Positions 1 to 9,408 of a DNA stretch of 64,000 bases are shown piece after piece (the stretch's first letter is position 1; each line of letters begins with the position of its first letter). Made by a program: the position numbers and the translations under genes. The notes beneath the pieces were generated by a model. That model had not been told where the DNA came from. It saw only the letters and a program-made list of their open reading frames with translations, and searched no databases. Source of the DNA: a virus; the IMG/VR virus record IMGVR_UViG_3300005573_000052; one strand, given 5' to 3'.

Positions 1-167
1 TTGTTCGCGACCCAAAGGCGGCGGCACGTCTTGCCCAAGTAACCCTCCTTGCGTTTAATGGCTCGGCGACATACGCCGGACAACTCGGTGCGCCGGATGT
101 TCTGTGGGTCAGCAAAGTGGTAGTGGGTGAGTGGGGAGGCGAAAGGGCTTTTGGTGGATGTGCTCAT
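1..167 (-). CDS. hypothetical protein, 5' part (runs off window)
   Basis: ATG at 167, 10 nt downstream of promoter 178-207; frame open to base 1. Confidence 0.5.
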   Translation of the reverse strand, partial: MSTSTKSPFASPLTHYHFADPQNIRRTELSGVCRRAIKRKEGYLGKTCRRLWVAN

Positions 168-177
168 GGTAAAACAG

Positions 178-207
178 AGGTTAGCAGAGTAGCACAGGTG
201 AAGTCAA
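178..207 (-). promoter_or_regulatory. sigma70-like promoter
   Basis: TTGACT-18-TAACCT. Confidence 0.6.
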
Positions 208-224
208 GCCCTAAAATCGCCGTC

Positions 225-725
225 CTACCAAAGCGACTCGGAGAACAGCTCCGTATCCCCCTCGTGCCCGGGGAGCAACTGTCCATTCGCGCGGGCGAGA
301 GCCAGTCCCTCCACCCGGTCAACAAACCGGTTGCGGTTGGTCAGGAATCCCTGCGTGAACCCGGCCCCTACCCGTTTGGCGTTGGTTAACCGGATAACCT
401 CACGGATACAGTCGGGGTGGCGCGACCCGGTAAACAGCGTGTTGTCCGAGTCGCGCCGGATGGCGGCGGACGTAATCAGTTCGACTTGATCGCGCAGAGC
501 CCGATATTGGCCCCAGTTGATTGACTCGGCGATGGCGGAGGCAATACGCAGGTTGTCGGACTCGTCAACGCCCAGCGCGATTTGCTGAACTGGAGTGTCC
601 GCCTGCCCACGCACTAGCCAGACAGAACTCCCGTTGGAGTAATCCTTGCCATCCAATGGGATGCGGAGGACGGAGTAAGGCGACGGGATAGCGGGCGCAC
701 TGGCGGGGGTTATAGTTGAGGTCAT
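225..725 (-). CDS. phage hypothetical protein
   Basis: 166-aa ORF; C-terminal RH..I/QGFLTN..RFVDR.E.L.LA pattern typical of phage hypotheticals. Confidence 0.7.
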   Translation of the reverse strand: MTSTITPASAPAIPSPYSVLRIPLDGKDYSNGSSVWLVRGQADTPVQQIALGVDESDNLRIASAIAESINWGQYRALRDQVELITSAAIRRDSDNTLFTGSRHPDCIREVIRLTNAKRVGAGFTQGFLTNRNRFVDRVEGLALARANGQLLPGHEGDTELFSESLW

Positions 726-751
726 GGGTAAGTGGAGGAGATGACCAAGAG

Positions 752-850
752 TTACAACCCCGTGTAATCATCCGGCCCCGTAAACGGCGCAGCGAAGAAG
801 GTATAAACGCACCAGCCGATGAAGAACAGGAGGGTGAAGAAGTGAATCAT
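752..850 (-). CDS. small membrane peptide (32 aa)
   Basis: MIHFFTLLFFIGWCVYTFFAAPF..., downstream of promoter 902-931. Confidence 0.5.
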   Translation of the reverse strand: MIHFFTLLFFIGWCVYTFFAAPFTGPDDYTGL

Positions 851-901
851 GACGGGATTGGTGTGGATTGGATCGGATGAAATTGACGCAGATGAGCAAC
901 C

Positions 902-931
902 AAGGTAGCATAGCCAGCCTACCCGCGTCAA
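902..931 (-). promoter_or_regulatory. sigma70-like promoter
   Basis: TTGACG-18-TACCTT. Confidence 0.65.
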
Positions 932-942
932 CCCCAAAATCA

Positions 943-1875
943 TCAGCCCCGATTCGTGGCCTCGACGTAATCCAACACCGCTTTGATCTGGTCGCGCGAT
1001 ATGGTCGCGCCGGATGACAGACCAATATACGTCGCGGTCTGATTGCCCGGTTGCGTTTTGTCCATGGCGGAGAGAAAGTTCCGCAGCGCGTCAACCGAAA
1101 GGCTCACCCCGCCGAACATAACGGTATCCCCGCCCGTCTCATACTTGGCTTTCCGACCCCAGATTTCGGGCGTAAGCGGCGTGCTTAGCATACGGGTTAT
1201 TTCGCCAAACTGCGTTTCGGCGGAATAGCGGGGATAGGAGGGATAAACTTGGGGGGAAGGAATGTCCCAGTTGGTCAAGGTCATGGGTTTGAAATGCCCC
1301 GGGACTTCGACACGACAGACGACAATGTGACGGGCTTGCCGGAAAAATACGGGAGCCCCTTCATCTCCAGCCCAAGTAAACCCCTTGGCAAACAGCATGT
1401 TTTGCACCGTCCGGGACAGGGTTGTGTCGCCTTCTTGACTGCCCAGCTCAATGACGAAATTCGGAGGGTTGTTGGGTGGGGTGGGGGCATAGTTACCACA
1501 GGCCTCAACCGCACCATTGCTCTTTGTGACCTCCGCCCCGATAGACAGGGCCGCAGCCGCGTCGCCTGTTTTGGCGTAGTGCTGCATGCGGGCGTAGAGA
1601 ACGGGGTCGTCTTTGATGAGGCGGAGTACGGGAGCGGCAACCCAGCGAACAAGACCCGGAGAAAAAGATAAGGAAGCCGCCGGAGAAACCCATTGGCGTG
1701 TTCCAAATTGATCGGTTATACGGGTGCGAGAGTTCTCAGGCAATGCAAAGCTGTCAGCGGGAACTTGTTTCAGATTCTCGTGGTATCGGACCCCCACACA
1801 TGGATAAGGCGAAAGGTCCGGGTGATAGGGGTGACCGTTGAAGTCGAGAGAAAGGGAAGAGGTGGAAGTGCTCAT
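943..1875 (-). CDS. hypothetical protein (310 aa)
   Basis: long ORF on the majority strand; no motif recognised. Confidence 0.7.
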   Translation of the reverse strand: MSTSTSSLSLDFNGHPYHPDLSPYPCVGVRYHENLKQVPADSFALPENSRTRITDQFGTRQWVSPAASLSFSPGLVRWVAAPVLRLIKDDPVLYARMQHYAKTGDAAAALSIGAEVTKSNGAVEACGNYAPTPPNNPPNFVIELGSQEGDTTLSRTVQNMLFAKGFTWAGDEGAPVFFRQARHIVVCRVEVPGHFKPMTLTNWDIPSPQVYPSYPRYSAETQFGEITRMLSTPLTPEIWGRKAKYETGGDTVMFGGVSLSVDALRNFLSAMDKTQPGNQTATYIGLSSGATISRDQIKAVLDYVEATNRG

Positions 1876-1960
1876 GGGTGAAAGGATTGGATGGGGAGGG
1901 AGTGGAGGGGAGGATAATGGTAGAAAAACGGGTTGGAAATGTCAAGGGCGAATTTGGGAC

Positions 1961-2239
1961 CTATCTCATGTCGGACTCAAATTCCATGATAGCAGCCGAG
2001 TAGTTGACCCAGAGCCAGTCTAGGTCGTCGGGGCCGGTGAACGACTCGTCAATCTCGCAGAGCGGGCAATTGCCTAGGCTGGCCGCATATTCGGCCACCC
2101 GTTTCGCGCGGAAAGCGTCCGACCAGTTGTTGATCCAGCGCAGTATCATGGCGTTGCGATGGGCACGCAGAATGGCGTCTGTCCCGCCAAGGGCATCGGC
2201 GATAAGGCGGCGTTGCTCGTCGGGGTCGAAGGCACTCAT
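1961..2239 (-). CDS. hypothetical protein
   Basis: ATG at 2239 overlaps the upstream stop (ATGA). Confidence 0.6.
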   Translation of the reverse strand: MSAFDPDEQRRLIADALGGTDAILRAHRNAMILRWINNWSDAFRAKRVAEYAASLGNCPLCEIDESFTGPDDLDWLWVNYSAAIMEFESDMR

Positions 2240-2631
2240 ACCACCCTCTCCTTCTCCCACCCCGTCAAATCCTCTGGCACCACCACACCCAGCTCGCGCA
2301 AGGTCTCCGCCGTGACCGTGGAACCAACCGGGTGAACACCCAGCGGGCGAACGAGGTTGAACATGTGGATGATGCGGCGGTGCGACTCGGCAATCTCGGG
2401 TTCGTTGCGCATGTCCCAGCAGCCGAGGTAGGTGGCAGTGGGCTCAAAAGGAGCGGGTGAAGCAGCCAGCAAACGAGCTTCGCGCTCCAGCGCGGCGCGC
2501 TCGGCGGGCGAGTAGCCGTTCATGCGCGAGTCGGATTCGGCAACGGCATCGAGGGCTGATTGAACTAGGGGCGATGAAGCGGGGATGCTCATAGGAAGAT
2601 GACGTAGTTGGAGATTAAGGCTTGACCGCAT
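2236..2631 (-). CDS. hypothetical protein
   Basis: ORF in a tightly packed operon; start uncertain. Confidence 0.6.
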   Translation of the reverse strand: MRSSLNLQLRHLPMSIPASSPLVQSALDAVAESDSRMNGYSPAERAALEREARLLAASPAPFEPTATYLGCWDMRNEPEIAESHRRIIHMFNLVRPLGVHPVGSTVTAETLRELGVVVPEDLTGWEKERVV

Positions 2632-3073
2632 CCTGCATAATTGGGTCCAACTCTAGCGGGGCGACAAAGGCCAATGATGAGTTGTCGTGAAAGGTGGCTG
2701 TAGCAGGCAAGATAACAAACCAGCCACGCAACTTGGTTCCCGCCTTGAGGTCTTGGAGGAATGGGGAGTAGAGGACATACCGAGAGGGGGAACTTGTCAG
2801 ATTCTCCGAGACGACATAGCTGTTGCCACGGATGGTCTTGACATAGTTGTCCGCATGGGTTGCGCCAGCATAAGATATGGACTCCTCCACGACCAGATTG
2901 CGATAGACGGGTTCCTTGGCGTCAACTACCTTGGTCCGGGTTTCGATGACGGGGGAATAGGTAGAGCCGCGCAGAGAGGAGCGGATTTGCCATGCGGTGA
3001 CGAGGCTGACGCCTGCCGAGAGAAGGCACAGGGCGACGGAAAGGTGTTTGAGGAAGAGAGGAGGGGTGCTCAT
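2615..3073 (-). CDS. membrane-anchored hypothetical protein
   Basis: start at 3073 after promoter 3088-3117; N-terminal hydrophobic helix LSVALCLLSAGVSLVTAW. Confidence 0.65.
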   Translation of the reverse strand: MSTPPLFLKHLSVALCLLSAGVSLVTAWQIRSSLRGSTYSPVIETRTKVVDAKEPVYRNLVVEESISYAGATHADNYVKTIRGNSYVVSENLTSSPSRYVLYSPFLQDLKAGTKLRGWFVILPATATFHDNSSLAFVAPLELDPIMQDAVKP

Positions 3074-3087
3074 GAATGATGGGGATG

Positions 3088-3117
3088 AAGGTAACAGATA
3101 GGACGAGGCCATGTCAA
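3088..3117 (-). promoter_or_regulatory. sigma70-like promoter
   Basis: TTGACA-18-TACCTT; TGA in the -35 is the stop of 3114..3512. Confidence 0.7.
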
Positions 3118-3512
3118 CCCAAATCGCTCGGATGGACCCCAAACAACCGGGCCACTGGCTCGCGCAACCCGTCCCTCAGAGCCTTGATTTCCGCCTCCAA
3201 ATGCCGGATGCGGGCGTCTCGCTCGTCTTCGCCCTTGCGAGCCATGCGTTCGGCAGCTCCGTAAGCATCGTCGTCAACGTAGGAGCGCAGTTCGCCGTAA
3301 CCGCTCAGGCTGTAGCCGATAAGCTGCGCGAATTGCTGGCGGTCCTCCTTGGAGAACGGCAGGTCGGCCAGCTCGTTCATGCCGCAGCCACGCGCAAGGG
3401 AGTATTCGTAAAGGTGGCTGACAATGGCGTTCTCACGAAAGCGGAGAACTCCAGCAGAGTCCTTGCAGAGGGGCTGAATAGGATGGCGGGGAAGGGATTT
3501 GGAGGTGCTCAT
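3114..3512 (-). CDS. hypothetical protein with C-terminal coiled coil
   Basis: ATG 10 nt after promoter 3523-3552. Confidence 0.7.
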   Translation of the reverse strand: MSTSKSLPRHPIQPLCKDSAGVLRFRENAIVSHLYEYSLARGCGMNELADLPFSKEDRQQFAQLIGYSLSGYGELRSYVDDDAYGAAERMARKGEDERDARIRHLEAEIKALRDGLREPVARLFGVHPSDLG

Positions 3513-3522
3513 GATAGGGATG

Positions 3523-3552
3523 AAGGTAGCACAGGTGCCCCGGCCTTGTCAA
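3523..3552 (-). promoter_or_regulatory. sigma70-like promoter
   Basis: TTGACA-18-TACCTT; TGA is the stop of 3549..3752. Confidence 0.7.
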
Positions 3553-4470
3553 GCACGAATCTGCGCGGTCAGCGGGGCCAGCCCATACCAGTGCCCATCG
3601 CGCCCGATAACGGCGGTGTCCAGTTTGCGTGCCGTGTCGCCCACGGACCGGTCCCACCGGGTTACGAAGATGGAGCCATCGGTCTCCGTGTAATCATACT
3701 CGTAGCCCATCTCGCACAGTCGCGCATAGGGCTGTTCTTGAGCGGGGGTCATGGCTTGGGTGAGACGACGACCAACCGGCGGCGCAGGTCCTGTTCGCCG
3801 GTCTCCTGCACCTTGAACCGGTAGCCGTTGAGGCAGAGATGGTCGGCGGCGATGCAGACCAGCGCGGCCAGAACATGGGCCGGAAGACCCGACACCGACA
3901 CAACCTGTTCGTCGCTGTAAAGCTGGATGCCGAAGTCGTCAGTGACGAGGTCGTCTATGTTGGAGTAGCCGCCAAAGGTGCCGACACGGATGGGGGATGA
4001 ACCACGAAAGGTGGCGTGGATGGTAGGAGGCAGGAGGAGGGTTTTTACCTCCTCAATCTGGAACATGCCGCCCATGCCATCTTCACAGATGAACTCAAGC
4101 GTGCCTTCAGGGTAGTGCTCACTGGTCTCGGGGCCGACATAGACAGCGCGGCCTTTCCATGGAAGCCCCTTGTCATCAACGGATTCGATGGCGTAGGTTG
4201 CGCCGGGGATGAGGTCGGAGATAGTCATGACCCAATCCAAATGCGGCCCGACAAAACGAGCCAGTAATAGCGGAATGGTGGTGGTGGAAACTGGCTCCCC
4301 CGTTTCCTTTGCCAACGGTTCCGTAGCCAAATGCGCGCGCATTCCCGGAGACGGGCGAAGGGATTGCGTGTTTTGTAGGCCGGTTCAGCGGGGAGATACG
4401 GTCCGGCGGGATGAGTGTGTTTGGTCCATTTCATGGGTGTAGGCGAGACTTGGGAGGGAGATGAGTTCAA
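3549..4470 (-). CDS. three coupled hypothetical CDSs (3549..3752, 3749..4228, 4225..4470)
   Basis: successive ATGA overlaps. Confidence 0.55.
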
Positions 4471-5006
4471 TGGGTCCGATTCTGCGCAGCGGCGTTCATC
4501 AGTCCATCATACAGGTAGTTCCCCCGCATCGGCCCGACCTGTGTCCACCAGCGTGACCAAAACAGCTCTCGCGCGGCCAGCCGATAATCCCGGGCGCGAA
4601 TCGCGGCGCGGAATTTGGTCCACCCAATATAACCGGTTTGCCCGCAGGTCCAAACAAGATGAACCATGGTTAGGCGGACGCCGAAGGGTAGCCGGTCAAA
4701 ATCGGGTTCATCGCGGCGTAGGAAGGCCAAGGTGGACTCCAAGTCCTCGGAGTAGAACTGAGTCACCTCAGCCGTGGTATAGTGCTCCTTGGGTGGGCGG
4801 ATTCCGGCCCCCGTCAGGCGGTGGCCAATCCCGACCGTCCATTGCCGCCCGTTGTCTACATAGGGAACCAATCGGCTGCCCTCATAGACCAGCAGGGAGG
4901 GAAGGTAGTCGTCAGAGGGAGATTGGTTGGATGCCTGTGTCTGTGCGGGTGTAGATAGGGCGGAGAGAATCAGGGTGGCGAGGACTAGGAGGAGAGGGAT
5001 TTTCAT
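4467..5006 (-). CDS. T4-type (GH24) lysozyme with N-terminal signal peptide
   Basis: catalytic E-x8-D-x5-T in YEGSRLVPYVDNGRQWTVGIGH; C-terminal SRWWTQVG..R; leader MKIPLLLVLATLILSALSTPAQT. Confidence 0.85.
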   Translation of the reverse strand: MKIPLLLVLATLILSALSTPAQTQASNQSPSDDYLPSLLVYEGSRLVPYVDNGRQWTVGIGHRLTGAGIRPPKEHYTTAEVTQFYSEDLESTLAFLRRDEPDFDRLPFGVRLTMVHLVWTCGQTGYIGWTKFRAAIRARDYRLAARELFWSRWWTQVGPMRGNYLYDGLMNAAAQNRTH

Positions 5007-5023
5007 GGATGACGATGGAGCCC

Positions 5024-5053
5024 AAGGTAGCATGATTGCTAGGTGCTAGTCAA
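5024..5053 (-). promoter_or_regulatory. sigma70-like promoter of the lysozyme
   Basis: TTGACT-18-TACCTT. Confidence 0.65.
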
Positions 5054-5154
5054 GCAGGAAAAGATAAATTGGGTGGTTAGGCTGAGGCTGCCGGTTTATC
5101 AATCCGATCCTCACCAGCGTTCCTGAGAGAAGCGTCCCTCACCTGACTGCATAC

Positions 5155-5184
5155 ACCCTAGCACACTTGCCCCGCGCCCGTCAA
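5155..5184 (-). promoter_or_regulatory. sigma70-like promoter
   Basis: TTGACG-18-TAGGGT; TGA is the stop of 5181..5390; no ORF longer than 13 aa follows. Confidence 0.65.
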
Positions 5185-5711
5185 GCACTTTTCTGCGTTA
5201 TTTTCGTCCACCCTGCCCAAAACAGCTCCTCGGTCAATGCTGCCGCCTGAGCATCTAGTTCTAGCGCGTGCTCCTCAGCCTCGTGACGGGAGGGACCGGT
5301 GCGACGACTGGGCGAGCGCAACCAGTTCGCCTCGGCCACTAGGGAGTAGAATTGGACGACCGGGAGGGGTTGGGCGGATGGATGAGGCACGGATGGAAGG
5401 ATGGGGCAATCGGGTCACCCAAGTCAAGCCTCAAATGGCGGGGAATCGTCAATTGGCTCCGGGAAGGTCACGGGAGGACCGGCGAAGACAAAGGTGTCAG
5501 TCCATTCGGCTCGGACCACACGGCCCGTCATGGGGTCACGCTCCTTGACGAAGGCCCGGACATACCCGCGCTCCAACTGGGCCAAGTCCTCGGCGTGGCG
5601 GGCGGGCGCATTGGGGGCGTGAACAGCCAACCACTTGGCCAGCCGTTTTGCCCGCTTGGCGCGCGCGGCAGCTAGGCGGTCGTAGTCGTGTTGGGTAAGT
5701 TGGTCGGACAT
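5181..5711 (-). CDS. two small hypothetical CDSs (5181..5390, 5424..5711)
   Basis: ORF track; operon packing. Confidence 0.5.
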
Positions 5712-6154
5712 TGGTTATCACATGCCGAGTTCGCGGCCTCAAGCACCAATGTGTCAATGGCCCATTGGGGCACACGAAGCCCGACATTGCGCAGTTCAAT
5801 CAGCCGCGCGGCGCAGGCTAGAGCGGTCGGGTCGCTATAGGTGGCACAGCCATGGGGACCCGGGATATCCCGGCGAGGCGTATGGCGGATGAGCCAACTG
5901 CGCAATCTGCCATACCAGATCATGATCCACCAGTAGGCATTTGCCGCCAACTCGGCCAGACGGTTGGAATAGACAATGCGAAACGGGTCGCGCTCAACCT
6001 TGGCTCCGAAGGGCAGAGTGATGGGACTAAGGTCCGGGAGAACCGGGAAGAGGAACCGACTGCCCGCGACATGGGTGGTATAGCCGCCATCAACGTGCTC
6101 ATACACGTAGACATCGCACCGGAAATTGTCGGGACTGAAACGGCAGTAGCTCAT
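5672..6154 (-). CDS. phage hypothetical protein
   Basis: MSYCRFS...CDVYVYEHV.GGY.THVA start overlaps the upstream stop. Confidence 0.65.
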   Translation of the reverse strand: MSYCRFSPDNFRCDVYVYEHVDGGYTTHVAGSRFLFPVLPDLSPITLPFGAKVERDPFRIVYSNRLAELAANAYWWIMIWYGRLRSWLIRHTPRRDIPGPHGCATYSDPTALACAARLIELRNVGLRVPQWAIDTLVLEAANSACDNQCPTNLPNTTTTA

Positions 6155-6660
6155 TTGGCCTCCTGTGCCCCGGGCGTGCCTGTCTCGCCCGCCACCCGAT
6201 AAGCAAACAGCCCGCGCCGGATATACTTGCGCTCCACGGTCAACCCACCAAATCGCGGCTTGCGCAAATCGCGCAACCGGGCACTGATGCTGGCCTCGGG
6301 GTCTCCGGTCAGAGCACTGAGTTCGCCCAACGTCCGCCACTGGCCATCGCTCATCAAAGTCCGAACCCGCGCAAGTTGGCGCGCTAGGCGGCTATTGTCG
6401 CGGGCATGGTCCGCGGTGGAACCGTCAAAAACGGCGGGATAGGCTGCGGGCAGCGCGGATTGGGTGAGAGAGGGCTGGGACGTAGACACGGGAAGGGTGG
6501 GAAATAAAGGACCCAAAGAAGACTGGAATAGTGGAGGAACACAGCCCTCTTCGCAATGCCGACAATAGACCACGAGCTGGTCCGGGAACTGGATAGAGGG
6601 GTAGACCTCCAACCACCGGTCGGATTTGCAGGTCGGGCAGAGGGGGCGGGAAGAGGTCAT
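6151..6660 (-). CDS. Zn-ribbon + winged helix-turn-helix protein
   Basis: CPTC...CRHC; WRTLGELSALTGDPEASISARLRDLRK. Confidence 0.65.
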   Translation of the reverse strand: MTSSRPLCPTCKSDRWLEVYPSIQFPDQLVVYCRHCEEGCVPPLFQSSLGPLFPTLPVSTSQPSLTQSALPAAYPAVFDGSTADHARDNSRLARQLARVRTLMSDGQWRTLGELSALTGDPEASISARLRDLRKPRFGGLTVERKYIRRGLFAYRVAGETGTPGAQEAK

Positions 6661-7016
6661 AGGGAATCGTCCCATTTGCCTAGTGCTCTCAGGAAGGCTT
6701 CGGCGCGTTGGGCGGCGGTGGCGTGGCAATAGTCAAACGCTGTTGCCCCATTCCACAGCATGTCACTTCGGTTTAGGTCATTGAGTATATGTCTGAGGCG
6801 TTCAACGAACTCATGGCGTTGTTCCCGCGTCAACACCTTCTCCGCCTCATGCATAGCGTTGAGGTCGGAGAGGTAGTCGGGAGGACCCTTGGACCACATT
6901 TTGTATCCTTCGGGACTTTTCCACTCATAAGGATCGCCACCCCTTGGGTCTATCCAAGTCCAACGACCCAATCCGCACGCCTCCGCAATCGCTATCCGTT
7001 GTGCTTCGGGGGTCAT
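6657..7016 (-). CDS. PEAQRIAIA-family paralogue 1 (ABA-sandwich-like)
   Basis: shares MxPEAQRIAIA..CG, PxY..xLxAMHEAE and ATAAQRAEAFLR..GKW with three genes at 41097-42087. Confidence 0.75.
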   Translation of the reverse strand: MTPEAQRIAIAEACGLGRWTWIDPRGGDPYEWKSPEGYKMWSKGPPDYLSDLNAMHEAEKVLTREQRHEFVERLRHILNDLNRSDMLWNGATAFDYCHATAAQRAEAFLRALGKWDDSL

Positions 7017-8054
7017 GACGATGTCTCCTTAACCAATGCCCGATAAGCCGCCCGTGCCTTGCGACAGGACGGCAGGAAAGACCAGTGGCCACCCCATGGC
7101 TGATTCAGGACAGCGTCAATGGCCTCGTCGGCGGTATAGTGTGGCTTACCTACGGCTTCGTAATCAGATTCCTCGTCCAATCTCATCATCACCCAGCAGA
7201 CTTCCTCGTCACGCGCATGGGCAATATAGGCACTGTGGGCGACCAGCCAGTCCTTGCGGGCAGTGACTTGGGCCAGCTCCCGTTCCAGTTCTCGTGCGAA
7301 ATCGGCCTCAACCCATCCGCCGTCCCGGCACTTGCGCATGGTGGCACCGTTCCATGTGTAGAATAGCTCATGCTCTGCTGCGTCAGTGTGCGGCGTTTGG
7401 CTGGTTCTGGGGGTGTTGGTGTTCATGGAAGGGGAGTTAAGCAGAAAGGCTGGGGTGGAGTCAAGCGCAAAAGGCAAAGATACCGGACTTTGGCTTCCGT
7501 TTTCGCCCGTGCCACGCAGTGCGGGCACACGAAAGATCGGAGATAGTGGAGCGAACCCAAGGTATGCCACTCAGGGTCGCTCGGTATGCACCAATCCACC
7601 CGACCGGCAGAATACAGACGAACGAGTGGGGCGCCCTTCCGCCCAAGGGCCAGCGTATAGCGCCCATGACCCGAATCATCGGGATACCATCTCCACCGCG
7701 CGAACAGGCGGACACGGAGGCGGAAAATGAGACTGGACAAGAACAGGCGGGTTGTCATGGCGCATCGCCCTCCAGCGCGCGAACTGCGGCGAGGCGCAAT
7801 TTTTCATACCTTTCCTCCCTTGCGTCCAACTCGCGCGACAGGGCGGCGTAACGACTTTCCAGCTCATCTCGTTCACGCTGCAACTCGTCCACCGCCCCGA
7901 ACAAGGCCCGATTGGCCCGTGCGTTGGCAATGGAGCTATCCATGCGGGTCATTTCGGCGAAGGTCTCATCCATGTCGGCATGAAGGCCGCGAATGGACCA
8001 TGAGAGGGGCGGAGAAAGGAGGAGGTAGCGGAGGATGGCTAGAAAGGACGACAT
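7013..8054 (-). CDS. three hypothetical CDSs (7013..7426, 7423..7758, 7755..8054)
   Basis: ATGA overlaps; coiled-coil segments. Confidence 0.55.
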
Positions 8055-8077
8055 AGACTGAGATGAGGGCTAGACCG

Positions 8078-8107
8078 ACTCTAGTGCGTTTATGCTACCG
8101 GTGTCAA
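8078..8107 (-). promoter_or_regulatory. sigma70-like promoter
   Basis: TTGACA-18-TAGAGT. Confidence 0.7.
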
Positions 8108-8110
8108 GCT

Positions 8111-8428
8111 TTAATTCGGTCTCGCCCCTTTTAACTCTCTCAACCGCCTGAGACTGCCGGTGCGGGTCACAACCCCGTCTACCACGGCATCAAACTGGTC
8201 AATCCGTCCATGGACAGATCGGCGCAGAGACCAGTGGGTTTCGCCCCGGTCGGCCGAGTAAGTCACGCCTTCACGGACAATTTGCCCACGGGCATCATCA
8301 AGAGCCCGGCGGCGCAATGTGTCGGCATCGGCCCCGTAAGTAGCCACCCGTTTGGCGAACTTGGCGGCGTTCCAATGGCGGGAAACCTTGGAACGCAATG
8401 ACTTAGGGATGTGATTAGGAAGGCTCAT
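8111..8428 (-). CDS. basic hypothetical protein
   Basis: 105-aa ORF; the mini-ORF MTTSTS (8425..8445) overlaps its ATG. Confidence 0.6.
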   Translation of the reverse strand: MSLPNHIPKSLRSKVSRHWNAAKFAKRVATYGADADTLRRRALDDARGQIVREGVTYSADRGETHWSLRRSVHGRIDQFDAVVDGVVTRTGSLRRLRELKGARPN

Positions 8429-8454
8429 GAGGTGCTAGTCGTCATATTCCTTTG

Positions 8455-8688
8455 TTAGCCACTGACTGCCGTGGGCTCTGAAAGAAGTCCTGCGGCATAG
8501 AAGTTGTTGGGGTGTCCCGACACCGTTGCGGCGGTTTCGAGTTTGAATGGCAGTCCGTGCGCGAGCGTAATTATTGTGCCCGGCTGGAGCGTGCATCGCG
8601 CCTCGTGGCTAACAATGGCATCACAGCGCAACGAGGCCGTCCGTCCTGCCGTCGTGCGCTTTTTCGTTTTCGATTGCTTGGTTTTCAT
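8455..8688 (-). CDS. cassette 1 hypothetical protein (77 aa)
   Basis: ATG in the attC loop; stop TAA inside core site GGCTAAC. Confidence 0.6.
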   Translation of the reverse strand: MKTKQSKTKKRTTAGRTASLRCDAIVSHEARCTLQPGTIITLAHGLPFKLETAATVSGHPNNFYAAGLLSEPTAVSG

Positions 8689-8739
8689 GGAGAAAGTTTG
8701 TCCGCGTTCTGGCCTCGTGGCTGACTGCCGAGGTTCGGC
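8607..8739 (+). repeat. attC-like site B
   Basis: GGCTAAC-10-CAGC(G)CA(A)CGAGGCC ... GGCCTCGTGGCTG-9-GTTCGGC. Confidence 0.8.
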
Positions 8740-8960
8740 TTAATCGGGTAGAAGGCAGTCAGGTTCCGCGCCACGGCCCGCCCGAAGTCGTCATTCCGTA
8801 GTTGTCGAAGGGTTTTGGCTCGCAGGTCTCTTTCCGCCGAGCGCGGGAAAAAGTAGAGCCAGCGCCATGCGCGACGAACCGCCGAACCCGCCGCCACTGC
8901 CAATGCAGCAGCGCGACCAACGAGCCTGCGGCGTCCAACGGATTTAGTCAGGGGTGGCAT
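8685..8960 (-). CDS. cassette 2 Arg-rich hypothetical protein (91 aa)
   Basis: ATG at 8960 in the attC C stem; stop overlaps the next ATG (ATGA). Confidence 0.5.
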   Translation of the reverse strand: MPPLTKSVGRRRLVGRAAALAVAAGSAVRRAWRWLYFFPRSAERDLRAKTLRQLRNDDFGRAVARNLTAFYPIKPNLGSQPRGQNADKLSP

Positions 8961-8980
8961 GGCAGGTCTATTTGTTAGCC
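8881..8980 (+). repeat. attC-like site C
   Basis: GCCGAAC-9-CTGCCA(A)TGC ... GCATGGCAG-8-GTTAGCC. Confidence 0.75.
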
Positions 8981-9360
8981 GCCTGAACAGACGCGCCGAC
9001 TTCCAGCGCCTTTCTGGCGATGTCGCCGAAGTCTCGTTGGCTGCTTGCGTCGCCATATTCGGAAAGCTCCGCGATGTCGTCCAGCGCAGCGCGATACTCT
9101 CCAATTGCCGTCACGAGACAGCCGAAGTTTTTCTCGGCCAGTTTTTCCGCCAAGAAGCGGTGCGCGATATTTTCAAGCACGGTGGCGGCTCTGTGCAGTG
9201 TGAGCGTTACAGGGTGGCCTTTCGGCTGAAATTCTTCTCGCGCCCATTCGCGCAGATTTTCTGCGACGTAAGAAGCCTCGGCTAACAAAGCGTCACAGCC
9301 AACGCCCTTGCTTAGGGCTTCGACTTCCGCTGATAGTGTTCCTGTGTTTTGATTGCTCAT
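8968..9360 (-). CDS. cassette 3 hypothetical protein (130 aa)
   Basis: ATG in the attC D loop; N-terminal VGCDALLA is encoded by the attC arm. Confidence 0.65.
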   Translation of the reverse strand: MSNQNTGTLSAEVEALSKGVGCDALLAEASYVAENLREWAREEFQPKGHPVTLTLHRAATVLENIAHRFLAEKLAEKNFGCLVTAIGEYRAALDDIAELSEYGDASSQRDFGDIARKALEVGASVQAANK

Positions 9361-9408
9361 AGAGATTGTCCTTTTCCTGTCGGGCGTGGCTGATCGCTGG
9401 CGTTCGGC
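9280..9408 (+). repeat. attC-like site D
   Basis: GGCTAAC-9-CAGCCA(A)CGCCC ... GGGCGTGGCTG-9-GTTCGGC. Confidence 0.8.
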
